NCBI GenBank assembly: GCA_964612425.1
Contig: CAZTDX010000003.1
Coordinates: 76,193-100,192, forward strand
Length of the DNA: 24,000 nt
Direction: 5' to 3'
Origin: an uncultured Pseudobdellovibrionaceae bacterium
GTDB lineage: Bacteria; Bdellovibrionota; Bdellovibrionia; Bdellovibrionales; Bdellovibrionaceae
In this document: one piece after another, positions 1 to 7,164 of the stretch
Position numbering within the stretch: the first letter of the stretch is position 1
How the letters are laid out: each line of letters opens with the position of its first letter
The notes under the pieces: generated by a model
Told to the model about the DNA's origin: nothing
The model's database searches: none
Seen by the model: only the letters and a program-made list of their open reading frames with translations
Translations under genes and position numbers: made by a program

Positions 1-1
1 T

Positions 2-931
2 GCCATTCATCAAATGTCTCCAAGAAAAAATTTTCCTTTTGTGGCTATCAACTGTGGGGCCATTCCTTCTGAACTTTTAGAATCTGAACTCTTTGGACAC
101 GTCAAAGGGGCCTTCACGGGCGCGATTTCAAATCGAATAGGCCGTTTTGAAATGGCTGATAATGGCGTACTCTTTCTCGATGAAATTGGCGATATGAGTC
201 CAACACTTCAAGTAAAAATTTTAAGAGCACTTCAAGAGAGAAGCTTTGAGCCGGTTGGCAGCACTAAGTCAGTTCAAGTGAATGTCCAAGTTATTGCAGC
301 CACTCATATTAATTTAGAAAAAGCGGTAATGGAAGGTAGGTTTAGAGAAGATTTATTTTACCGCCTTAATGTCGTTCCGATTATGATCCCTCCCCTTCGA
401 GAACGTCGATGTGATATTCCAATTCTTCTCAATCACTTCTTAAATCAATTAGGCCAAAAACGAAAAATGCACCTCGCTGGTTTTTCTGGTGAGGTTGTTG
501 AAAGTCTAAAGCATTACTCCTGGCCGGGTAATATTCGTGAGCTTGAAAATTTAGTAGAAAGAATGACCATCATAAAAGGCAAAGGTCTCGTCGAACTAAA
601 AGATTTACCTATAAAATACCACACAAAAGCGATCCCACTTGCTCCCTCAGAGCCTAAAGATCCAGAGTTTCATTTACCAGATGAGGGACTTGATTTTAAC
701 ACAACAGTTGATCAATTTGAAAACAATCTCATTTTAAAAGCGCTCGAAAAAACAGGTTGGAATCGAAATCAAGCCGCTATTTTACTGCGACTCAATAGAA
801 CAACTTTAGTTGAAAAAATGAAAAAGAAAGGCTTAAAGCAAGCCCATGAAAATCTAGAGACTCAAGAAGGGGTAGAAATACCGTCTCCCTCCGATTTAGT
901 ATTTTCGACCGAACAACCTTCAACTCTTTGA
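2..931 (+). CDS. Sigma-54-dependent transcriptional activator (bacterial enhancer-binding protein); N-terminus lies outside the window
   Basis: The frame is open to base 2, so the ATG at 14 is internal. Motifs: [15 protein letters not shown] (GAFTGA loop), Walker [33 protein letters not shown]-terminal Fis-type HTH: [22 protein letters not shown]. Confidence 0.93.
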   Translation, partial: AIHQMSPRKNFPFVAINCGAIPSELLESELFGHVKGAFTGAISNRIGRFEMADNGVLFLDEIGDMSPTLQVKILRALQERSFEPVGSTKSVQVNVQVIAATHINLEKAVMEGRFREDLFYRLNVVPIMIPPLRERRCDIPILLNHFLNQLGQKRKMHLAGFSGEVVESLKHYSWPGNIRELENLVERMTIIKGKGLVELKDLPIKYHTKAIPLAPSEPKDPEFHLPDEGLDFNTTVDQFENNLILKALEKTGWNRNQAAILLRLNRTTLVEKMKKKGLKQAHENLETQEGVEIPSPSDLVFSTEQPSTL

Positions 932-1251
932 ATTAAAAATTCACGTCCCTGAATGGTCGTAGTCTGTTGACTGTGGCATTGCTGGCATTGATTATTTTGC
1001 TCAATGACAACCTGTTCTTGATAACAGTCTAAACACCGAATACGCCAAGGGAGCTCTTGAAAGTGAAGAATTAAACGAGCCCAAGGCGTTGAAGGCAAAT
1101 AGAGATCCGCTGTTGATTGAAAAAACGAGATGTCCACCCCTGAAATTTCTCCTACAGATAAATAAACTTCGTTTATTGACTCAAGATCATGATCAACCTT
1201 TAATTGATCTAACTGCTCTAATAAACTTTGTAATAAACTCAATTCATGCAT
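862..1251 (-). CDS. hypA: Hydrogenase nickel-insertion/maturation protein HypA
   Basis: Starts MHELSL (the MHE nickel-binding N-terminus) at ATG 1251, 2 nt after the hypE stop. Two CxxC zinc motifs (CLDC, CQQC). The 156-aa track ORF uses an upstream TTG inside hypE and is not preferred. At 129 aa it is about 15 aa longer at the C-terminus than typical HypA. Confidence 0.85.
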   Translation of the reverse strand: MHELSLLQSLLEQLDQLKVDHDLESINEVYLSVGEISGVDISFFQSTADLYLPSTPWARLILHFQELPWRIRCLDCYQEQVVIEQNNQCQQCHSQQTTTIQGREFLIQRVEGCSVENTKSEGDGISTPS

Positions 1252-1253
1252 TT

Positions 1254-2333
1254 TCAGCAAATCCTCGGAAGAAGCTCCCCAGGAGGGAGCACGCAGCGCC
1301 TGAAAACGCCAGTTATTAATCGGAGTAAACAATATCCATTGACCTCCTCTTGAGATCGAACTTTTCCAATAAGAGTTGCCTCCAGCGACTGGGGATACTG
1401 ACGTAAAATTGAGAGGGCTTTTTCACAATCTTTTTCTGGCACAAAATAAATAGCTGCTCCCTCATTGGCCATGGATAAAACGTCTAAACCCAGCACTTCA
1501 CAAAAACTTTTTACATCAACGGTGGTGGGAATTTTATCTTCTTCAATTTCAAAAATTTTGTGCGAGCTTTGTGCTAATTCTACTGCGGCCGATAGCAACC
1601 CTCCTCGCGTCAGGTCACGAGCACAATGAACTGTAACACCATTTTTAATTAAGGCCTTGGTTAAACTTAATAGCTCATGACAATCACTTTGAATGGAGGA
1701 GGATAGTCCTAAATTATGGCGAGCTCCCATGACGGCAGTGCCGTGACGACCGATGTCCCTCGAAATTAGAATTCTATCTCCACCCTCAATGTGTTGTGGA
1801 GCCCAAGCTTTATCACCATAACGTACTCCAACTGCAGAGGTGTTTATAAAAAGTCGATCTACTTTTCCTCGAGGAACCACCTTTGTATCACCACAAGTGA
1901 CAGTAAGATTTAGAGGTTTTAATTGAGATGCTATTGATTGCAGTATTTTTTTAAATTCAGAAATTAAAAAACCTTCTTCGATGATAAAAGCCAAGGAAAG
2001 AGCTATTGGATCAGCCCCCATCATGGCAATGTCATTGACGGAACCAACAACTGAAAGCTTTCCAATGTCTCCGCCAGGAAAAAACAACGGGTCAATCACA
2101 AACGAATCCGTTGTCATTACTAAATCTTCTTTCCCGTAACCAACAAATGACGACGAAGAGTGGGGATTCTTTACTTCAAAAAAACCCGCATCTTGGTCGT
2201 GCATGGTGATAACATCTTTTAATTCTTGTGCAATAACTTGGTGAATGAACTCGAAAGATAGCCGTCCTCCACCGCCGTGACCTAAAACCACTCGTTGTTC
2301 TTCATCATGAGAAATTCCGCATTGTAAGTTCAT
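1254..2333 (-). CDS. hypE: Hydrogenase maturation protein HypE (PurM/AIR-synthase-like carbamoyl dehydratase)
   Basis: Motifs: LGHGGGG, TTDSFVIDPLFFPGGDIGKL, GDTKVVPRG, DLTRGG. Ends with the invariant C-terminal PRIC motif (CCG AGG ATT TGC TGA). Confidence 0.93.
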   Translation of the reverse strand: MNLQCGISHDEEQRVVLGHGGGGRLSFEFIHQVIAQELKDVITMHDQDAGFFEVKNPHSSSSFVGYGKEDLVMTTDSFVIDPLFFPGGDIGKLSVVGSVNDIAMMGADPIALSLAFIIEEGFLISEFKKILQSIASQLKPLNLTVTCGDTKVVPRGKVDRLFINTSAVGVRYGDKAWAPQHIEGGDRILISRDIGRHGTAVMGARHNLGLSSSIQSDCHELLSLTKALIKNGVTVHCARDLTRGGLLSAAVELAQSSHKIFEIEEDKIPTTVDVKSFCEVLGLDVLSMANEGAAIYFVPEKDCEKALSILRQYPQSLEATLIGKVRSQEEVNGYCLLRLITGVFRRCVLPPGELLPRIC

Positions 2334-2372
2334 TCATTCACATCCAATTCATTTTTTTGTGATCATGATAGG

Positions 2373-2399
2373 AATTTAATATTTTTACAATTTAATATT
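2373..2399. repeat. Direct repeat AATTTAATATT x2 (2373-2383 and 2389-2399) in the hypE / binding-protein divergent promoter region
   Basis: Two identical 11-mers, 16 bp start-to-start. The second abuts or overlaps the putative -35 of the binding-protein gene. Confidence 0.5.
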
Positions 2400-2426
2400 G
2401 ACTGCTTTTTACGAGACCAATAATTT
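2398..2426 (+). promoter_or_regulatory. Candidate sigma-70 promoter for the binding-protein gene
   Basis: TTGACT (2398-2403), 17-nt spacer, TAATTT (2421-2426). It lies about 30 nt upstream of the ATG at 2458, which has the SD AGAGAGAGG. Confidence 0.4.
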
Positions 2427-2457
2427 AAATAGGGATTTTTAAATAGAGAGAGGTCCT

Positions 2458-3384
2458 ATGAAATTTGTTTATATATTAAGCGTTATTTTGATAAGCACTC
2501 TAAATTGTTTTGCCCAAACCCAAATGGAACTTGGATTAAATTGGAAAGCAGAACCTGAGTTTGGTGGATTTTATGAAGCCTCTGAACTTTTAAGTAAACA
2601 AAATATCACGCTCAAAGTCACTGAGGGTGGCTCTGGCACACCCACGGTTCAAATGTTAGCTGCAAAAAAAATTCCTCTGGGAATTGTCAGTGGTGACGAA
2701 CTCATCACGGCACAAGAAAAAGGGATTGACCTGGTGGCTATTTTTGCCGTTTACCAGACAAATCCTCAAGGCATTATGGTTCGCGATGATAGTCCTTGGA
2801 AAACTCTCGCTGATTTATTAAATGATTCCCAAGCCACATTGGCAGTACAGCAAGGCCTTCCCTTTGTTGCTTATTTAAAGAAAAAATTTCCACAATTAAA
2901 AGTTAAGTTAGTGCCTTATCAAGGAGGAATTGGTCCTTTTCTCGCACAAAAAAATTATGCTCAACAGGCCTTTCTTACTGCGGAGCCTCTTTCAGCATTA
3001 AAAGCAGGAGTCAAAACACGAGGGTTTACATTAGATGAAATTGGCTTTAATCCTTATTTAGCAGTTGTCGCGGTACATCGAGACACTTTAAAAAGCAAAA
3101 AGACTGAGCTTGAATCTATCGTTAAATCCTTCCGTCAAGGTTGGGAGAATTACTTAAAAAACCCCACTGAAATTGATAAAAAAATGAATAAGATCAATCC
3201 TTCAATGTCACTAGAAACATTTCGTGACTCCGGCAAGGCTCAACAAAAATTAGTTAAACCCTCCAAAGACTTTATCATAGGGACAATGTCGGAAGATCGT
3301 TGGAAAGCTTTGAGTCAGCAACTTCAAGAAATAGGCTTAATTAAAAAGCCCCTTGATCCAAAAAACTATTTTGTCAATTTTTAG
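2458..3384 (+). CDS. Periplasmic ABC-transporter substrate-binding protein, NMT1/THI5 (NitT/TauT/ThiY-like) family; no cognate permease or ATPase in the window
   Basis: N-terminal signal peptide MKFVYILSVILISTLNCFA. LGLNWKAEPEFGGFY plus a 308-aa two-lobe length is typical of NMT1/THI5-like binding proteins. Good SD. Confidence 0.75.
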   Translation: MKFVYILSVILISTLNCFAQTQMELGLNWKAEPEFGGFYEASELLSKQNITLKVTEGGSGTPTVQMLAAKKIPLGIVSGDELITAQEKGIDLVAIFAVYQTNPQGIMVRDDSPWKTLADLLNDSQATLAVQQGLPFVAYLKKKFPQLKVKLVPYQGGIGPFLAQKNYAQQAFLTAEPLSALKAGVKTRGFTLDEIGFNPYLAVVAVHRDTLKSKKTELESIVKSFRQGWENYLKNPTEIDKKMNKINPSMSLETFRDSGKAQQKLVKPSKDFIIGTMSEDRWKALSQQLQEIGLIKKPLDPKNYFVNF

Positions 3385-3404
3385 TTGTGATTTTCAATCA
3401 GATA

Positions 3405-3429
3405 TCAACATTCAACATTCAACATTCAA
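3405..3429. repeat. Heptanucleotide tandem repeat (TCAACAT) x3 plus a partial fourth copy
   Basis: 3405-3425 reads TCAACAT TCAACAT TCAACAT, followed by TCAA. It overlaps a possible -35 (TTCAAC at 3411-3416, 17 nt before TATAAA at 3434-3439). Confidence 0.8.
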
Positions 3430-3455
3430 TTATTATAAATTCTAAATAATTAGGA

Positions 3456-3491
3456 AAGATACTTTTTTTTTAGTTTAAAAAAAAGTATCTT
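3456..3491. promoter_or_regulatory. Perfect 15-bp inverted repeat (hairpin) ending 8 nt upstream of the activator start codon
   Basis: AAGATACTTTTTTTT (3456-3470), loop TAGTTT, AAAAAAAAGTATCTT (3477-3491). There is no trailing U-tract on either strand, so it is not a classical terminator. Confidence 0.6.
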
Positions 3492-3499
3492 CCCTCCTT

Positions 3500-4480
3500 A
3501 TGATACCCCCTAATAAAATTGAATTTAATTACAGCTCCTTTATTGGAAATAGCTCTTTAATTAAAGAACTCATGGAACTCGTTCAAATTGTTAGCTCCAC
3601 AACAAGTCACGTCTTAATTCATGGCGAAAGCGGTACAGGTAAAGAAATTGTGGCAAGAATTCTGCACCACTTGAGCCCAAGAAAACATAACGCTTTTGTT
3701 CCAATTAATTGCACAGCGATTCCTGAGCTACTTCTTGAAAGTGAATTATTTGGCCACACTAAGGGCTCCTTTACCGGAGCTATCTCTGATAAACGGGGAC
3801 TCTTTGAAGAAGCCAACGGCGGAACGTTATTCTTGGATGAAATCGGAGATCTCAACCTCCCCTTGCAAGGAAAACTGTTACGTGTCTTGCAAGACAAAGA
3901 AGTTCGCGCCGTTGGAGGAAACAAAATGAAACACATTGATGCGCGAATCATTTCTGCCACTCATCGAAACCTGAAAAATCTCATCAAAGATGGACAATTT
4001 CGCGAGGACCTCTATTATCGACTCAATGTTGTACCGATTACCGTTCCCCCCTTGCGCCAACGACAAGAGGATATTCCCCTGCTCGTTAATCATTTTATTT
4101 CCAAATACTGTGCTATAAACTCAAAACCGCTCTTTCAACTTCCCGCAGAAGTCATGAATAAACTCACAACCTACTCCTGGCCCGGTAATGTGAGAGAGTT
4201 AGAAAATGTCATTGAGCGCCTTTGTGTTTTACATAACCACAATTCACTAGAACAGCTCATCCTTGAAGAGAGCACCAGAGAATCGAGTTTAGAGCATCCA
4301 GAATCATTCACTAACTCCTCACATCGTCCAACTCTTGAACAACTAGAAGAGCACTATATCAAATCCGTTCTCCGCGAGGTGAACAACAAAAAATCTCATG
4401 CAGCAAAAGTTCTTGGAATTAGTCGTCGCACACTTCACAGAAAAGAAATTGCTTATGGTATTACGGAAATTACATCCTAA
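3500..4480 (+). CDS. Sigma-54-dependent transcriptional activator lacking any N-terminal sensory domain (AAA+ plus HTH only, PspF-like architecture)
   Basis: Motifs: FIGNS...GESGTGKE (Walker A), ESELFGHTKGSFTGA (GAFTGA variant), [32 protein letters not shown]-terminal HTH: SHAAKVLGISRRTLHRK. An in-frame TAA at 3476-3478 excludes a longer N-terminus. No SD precedes the ATG. Confidence 0.92.
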   Translation: MIPPNKIEFNYSSFIGNSSLIKELMELVQIVSSTTSHVLIHGESGTGKEIVARILHHLSPRKHNAFVPINCTAIPELLLESELFGHTKGSFTGAISDKRGLFEEANGGTLFLDEIGDLNLPLQGKLLRVLQDKEVRAVGGNKMKHIDARIISATHRNLKNLIKDGQFREDLYYRLNVVPITVPPLRQRQEDIPLLVNHFISKYCAINSKPLFQLPAEVMNKLTTYSWPGNVRELENVIERLCVLHNHNSLEQLILEESTRESSLEHPESFTNSSHRPTLEQLEEHYIKSVLREVNNKKSHAAKVLGISRRTLHRKEIAYGITEITS

Positions 4481-4482
4481 AA

Positions 4483-4947
4483 TCATGAAACAGAAACTCT
4501 ATGTGTCATCTTCTGAACTCTCTCTTTTCCAGACTGCCGTTGAGCAATACGGCCCAATCCATTTAATTCACGGGCCACCAATTGCAAAATGTCATCACTT
4601 GAAACCAAACCACAGGCATTTCCAGCCTCATCAACAACAATCATTCGCCGCACACCATGAGTTTCCATTTCATCAACCACTTCAGCAATACCCTTTTCTT
4701 TTGTCACTTTAACAATGTCTGTTGACATAACCTCATCAACTTTCGTTGTCAGAGGTTGATTTTCAGCGACAACACCGAGAACAATATCTCTGTCAGTCAG
4801 AACGCCGATTGGCTTTTTTCGACCGTTAGCTTCAATAACGATCAAACCACCCGTATGATGCTTCTTCATAAGTTGGGCTGCATGCTTTAAAGTTTCACCG
4901 CTTTCGATACACACTAAATTTTTACTACAAAGATCTGAGACTGGCAT
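4483..4947 (-). CDS. CBS-pair domain protein
   Basis: Two CBS repeats (GGLIVIE...IGVLTDRDIV and VRRMIVVDEAGNACGLVSSDDIL). Strong SD AAGGAGG 6 nt before the ATG. Confidence 0.85.
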   Translation of the reverse strand: MPVSDLCSKNLVCIESGETLKHAAQLMKKHHTGGLIVIEANGRKKPIGVLTDRDIVLGVVAENQPLTTKVDEVMSTDIVKVTKEKGIAEVVDEMETHGVRRMIVVDEAGNACGLVSSDDILQLVARELNGLGRIAQRQSGKERVQKMTHRVSVS

Positions 4948-4981
4948 AAGATACCTCCTTGTTTAAGTTACAAATGCCTTT

Positions 4982-4997
4982 TGCATCTTTAATGCCA
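4982..4997 (-). promoter_or_regulatory. Candidate sigma-54 (-24/-12) promoter for the CBS-pair gene
   Basis: The minus strand reads TGGCAT-TAAAG-ATGCA against the consensus TGGCAC-N5-TTGCA. The GG and GC dinucleotides sit at the canonical spacing. It lies 35-50 nt upstream of the ATG at 4947, in intergenic DNA and in the correct orientation. Confidence 0.55.
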
Positions 4998-5194
4998 AAC
5001 TAAAGCTTACTAAGATTCAATATACTTTATTTAAAGGTTTCAAATCAGAAATGATGGGTCATAAAGTTTATTTCTCTGGGACAAAAGTATTCACACTAAT
5101 GAGCGAAAGCTTTATTAATCGCTCTCCCCATTCTAGGAAGACTCCAATTTAAAATTCAAATATTAAATTAAAAACCTTTTAATGGAGGACTTAA

Positions 5195-5485
5195 ATGAAG
5201 ACACTCGTATTTATCGCCTTAGGATTATCTTTAAATAATAACACTTTTTCTAGCCAAACAAACGAATCAATTGTTCCGAAGCTATTGTTTTGTAAAACAA
5301 TAGCTTGCGATGCATTAAGCAAAGAAAAAATGGAAATCGATAATGGTTGCCCCTGGGGATTACAAGTGAAATCAGATACAAAAAACTTTATTAAATTCAC
5401 AGCTTCTGACTTAAGTGGCGATTGTGTTTTTTCTATTACAGTGAACAAAAAAAATACTGCAAAAATTAATTCTGAATGTGAATAA
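5195..5485 (+). CDS. Small secreted hypothetical protein (96 aa, Cys-containing)
   Basis: SD GGAGG 7 nt upstream. Signal-peptide-like N-terminus MKTLVFIALGLSL. Five Cys in the mature part. No family recognised. Confidence 0.6.
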   Translation: MKTLVFIALGLSLNNNTFSSQTNESIVPKLLFCKTIACDALSKEKMEIDNGCPWGLQVKSDTKNFIKFTASDLSGDCVFSITVNKKNTAKINSECE

Positions 5486-5647
5486 AAATATAAACCTCAC
5501 ACTCAAGTTGCCTCGTTATCTCATACAACTAACTAATCTTTGGATATAAAGTCCCTCTGTTTATTAAATGATTGTGAGGGAGTTAACTTAAGAATATAAA
5601 CTCACCCTGATGCCTTATTAATTATTTATTCCCAAAAAGGAGGCGTT

Positions 5648-5932
5648 ATGGGTGCCAAGGATTTTATTAAAAATAATAGGACAAATACCGAAAACGACGA
5701 TGAACTTCAACAGCCACTGGATCGTTCATTTAATTGGAATTGCTTCACTCCTCATACTCCTCAAAAAAAGAATACTGAATCAGCTAATGAAAAGGCTGCT
5801 CGCGAGCAAGCTCAAAAGGATTTTGAACAGCATTATGATCTCGATGGCGTAACGATCTGGAATGGGAACATCATTACAACGTCAACCCCGTTGTCCGTTA
5901 TTGAAGATCCTAAAAGGTCAGTAAAAAATTAA
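5648..5932 (+). CDS. Small hydrophilic hypothetical protein (94 aa)
   Basis: Strong SD AAAGGAGG 5 nt upstream of the ATG. Followed by a weak hairpin plus T-run. No family recognised. Confidence 0.55.
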   Translation: MGAKDFIKNNRTNTENDDELQQPLDRSFNWNCFTPHTPQKKNTESANEKAAREQAQKDFEQHYDLDGVTIWNGNIITTSTPLSVIEDPKRSVKN

Positions 5933-5934
5933 TT

Positions 5935-5956
5935 ATCATAAAATATTATGATTTTT
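5935..5956 (+). terminator. Weak putative intrinsic terminator
   Basis: ATCATAA-AATA-TTATGAT stem-loop (7 bp, almost all A/T) followed by TTTT, 3 nt after the stop at 5932. Confidence 0.25.
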
Positions 5957-6069
5957 AGATATTTTATATTTTTCTTGATTCCATATTTCGAATCGTTTCA
6001 TCTTTCAGTGTAACTCAATCAACTAGAACTTTATTTGTTATTGAGAGTTCTTTAGAGAAGGGAGAGTCT

Positions 6070-6570
6070 ATGGAAACACTCAGAGACTTATTTAAACACC
6101 GAGGGCATAAACCCGTCTATAGCGTTAAACCTGAAGACACCGTTGAAACTGCTTTAAAAATTATGAGCGACTATGATGCCGGAGCTATTTTAGTTATGGA
6201 AAACGAAAAAATCCTTGGTATTTTTTCTGAACGTGACAACGCCAGAAAAACAACGATTAGAAATCAATCTCCACAAACAACTAAAATTGGTGAAGTGATG
6301 GTGAAAGATGTGATTTACGTCAATCCTGAATATAAACTTTCTGAATGCTTAGCTCTCATGGAAAACAAAAAAATACGCCATTTACCCGTTTTAGAAAAAG
6401 GCCAAGTCATTGCCCTCATTGGAATACAAGATGTCAGCGGGTCTCTCATCGAAGATCAGGAGTTTATGATTGGAGAACTTACAAAATATATTACGGGAGG
6501 TTACATGAACGAACAAACAGTTAAACCTCCCATTAAAGAAATGGTTATTAACAACAAACATATTAACTAG
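6070..6570 (+). CDS. CBS-pair domain protein
   Basis: Two CBS repeats (AGAILVMENEKILGIFSERD and IRHLPVLEKGQVIALIGIQDV). SD GAAGGGAG. Confidence 0.85.
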   Translation: METLRDLFKHRGHKPVYSVKPEDTVETALKIMSDYDAGAILVMENEKILGIFSERDNARKTTIRNQSPQTTKIGEVMVKDVIYVNPEYKLSECLALMENKKIRHLPVLEKGQVIALIGIQDVSGSLIEDQEFMIGELTKYITGGYMNEQTVKPPIKEMVINNKHIN

Positions 6571-6581
6571 TCGCTGTGGCC

Positions 6582-7163
6582 TCAAGTTCCTTTGATATAG
6601 TCTAAGACTTCCTGTGCATGACCTTCGGCTTTTACTTTTCTCCACACTTTTTCTACGGCTCCGTTGACGTCAACTAAAAATGTGCTACGCTCAATCCCCA
6701 TGACTTTTTTCCCATACATATTTTTTTCTTTAATCACATCAAATAACTTACAAGCGGTTTCCTTTTCATCGCTCAAAAGATCAATTGTGTAATTTTCTTT
6801 TTGAATAAACTTTTCGTGAAGAGACACTGAGTCCCTCGAAATCCCAAAGACTTCAGTATTTAATTTTTTAAATTCTTTTTTTAAATTCGTAAACTCATGA
6901 CCTTCTATAGTGCATCCCGGTGTCATATCTTTAGGATAAAAATATAAGACAACTCTCTTCCCCTTCCAATCGCTGACATTAAACGTTTTATTTCCTGTCA
7001 TCGGGAGTTGGAGAGATTTTAGTTTTTTTCCCAGTAACGAATCTTGTGTCAAGGTTTCAGTTTTAACTTTAGTCTTTACCTTAGCTTTAACTTTAGTCAT
7101 TACTTTAGATTTTGTTTTTGTTTTTACTTTAGTTTTACTTTGTATTTTCTTTTGCATGGCCAT
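6582..7163 (-). CDS. bcp: Thiol peroxidase / peroxiredoxin Bcp (AhpC/TSA family) with a roughly 40-aa N-terminal Lys-repeat extension
   Basis: Motif VVLYFYPKDMTPGCTIEGHEF (peroxidatic Cys in TPGCT). The AGGAGG SD sits 5 nt before ATG 7163 and is embedded in the last codons of the upstream ABC-F gene. The N-terminus reads KTKVKTKTKSKVMTKVKAKVKTKVKT. Confidence 0.9.
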   Translation of the reverse strand: MAMQKKIQSKTKVKTKTKSKVMTKVKAKVKTKVKTETLTQDSLLGKKLKSLQLPMTGNKTFNVSDWKGKRVVLYFYPKDMTPGCTIEGHEFTNLKKEFKKLNTEVFGISRDSVSLHEKFIQKENYTIDLLSDEKETACKLFDVIKEKNMYGKKVMGIERSTFLVDVNGAVEKVWRKVKAEGHAQEVLDYIKGT

Positions 7164-7164
7164 T

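Noticed and set aside
862-1332. 156-aa long form of the HypA ORF and the antisense ORF 1089-1319
   Set aside because: The long form starts at a TTG inside hypE and adds 27 non-HypA residues, whereas ATG 1251 gives the canonical MHE N-terminus. ORF 1089-1319 is an antisense shadow of hypA.
2402-2420. Minus-strand TGGTCT...AAGCA upstream of hypE, considered as a sigma-54 promoter
   Set aside because: The GG-to-GC spacing is one nucleotide too long, and the -24 element is TGGTCT rather than TGGCAC.
2334-2457. TPP riboswitch expected upstream of a THI5/ThiY-like binding protein
   Set aside because: The 124-bp gap is too short and shows no thi-box-like conserved segments. It contains only promoter-like elements.
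3651-3666. Plus-strand TGGCAA-GAATT-CTGCA, a sigma-54-like -24/-12 match
   Set aside because: It lies inside the activator coding sequence with no downstream gene start to serve. It shows that this short motif can occur by chance in the window.
3619-4712. Track ORFs 3619-3960(-), 3696-3929(+), 3878-4093(-) and 4398-4712(+)
   Set aside because: All lie inside, or antisense to, the well-supported activator and CBS genes. They have no SD and low-complexity or odd composition.
5642-5658. Minus-strand TGGCAC-CCATA-ACGCC (perfect -24 element) pointing toward the antisense ORF 5191-5448
   Set aside because: The -12 element is poor, with only GC retained. It overlaps the SD and start of the 5648 gene. 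The only downstream minus-strand ORF starts with TTG, lacks an SD, and is antisense to a better-supported gene.
5191-5852. Track ORFs 5191-5448(-) and 5652-5852(+)
   Set aside because: One is antisense to, and the other out of frame with, ORFs that have strong SDs. Neither has an SD of its own.
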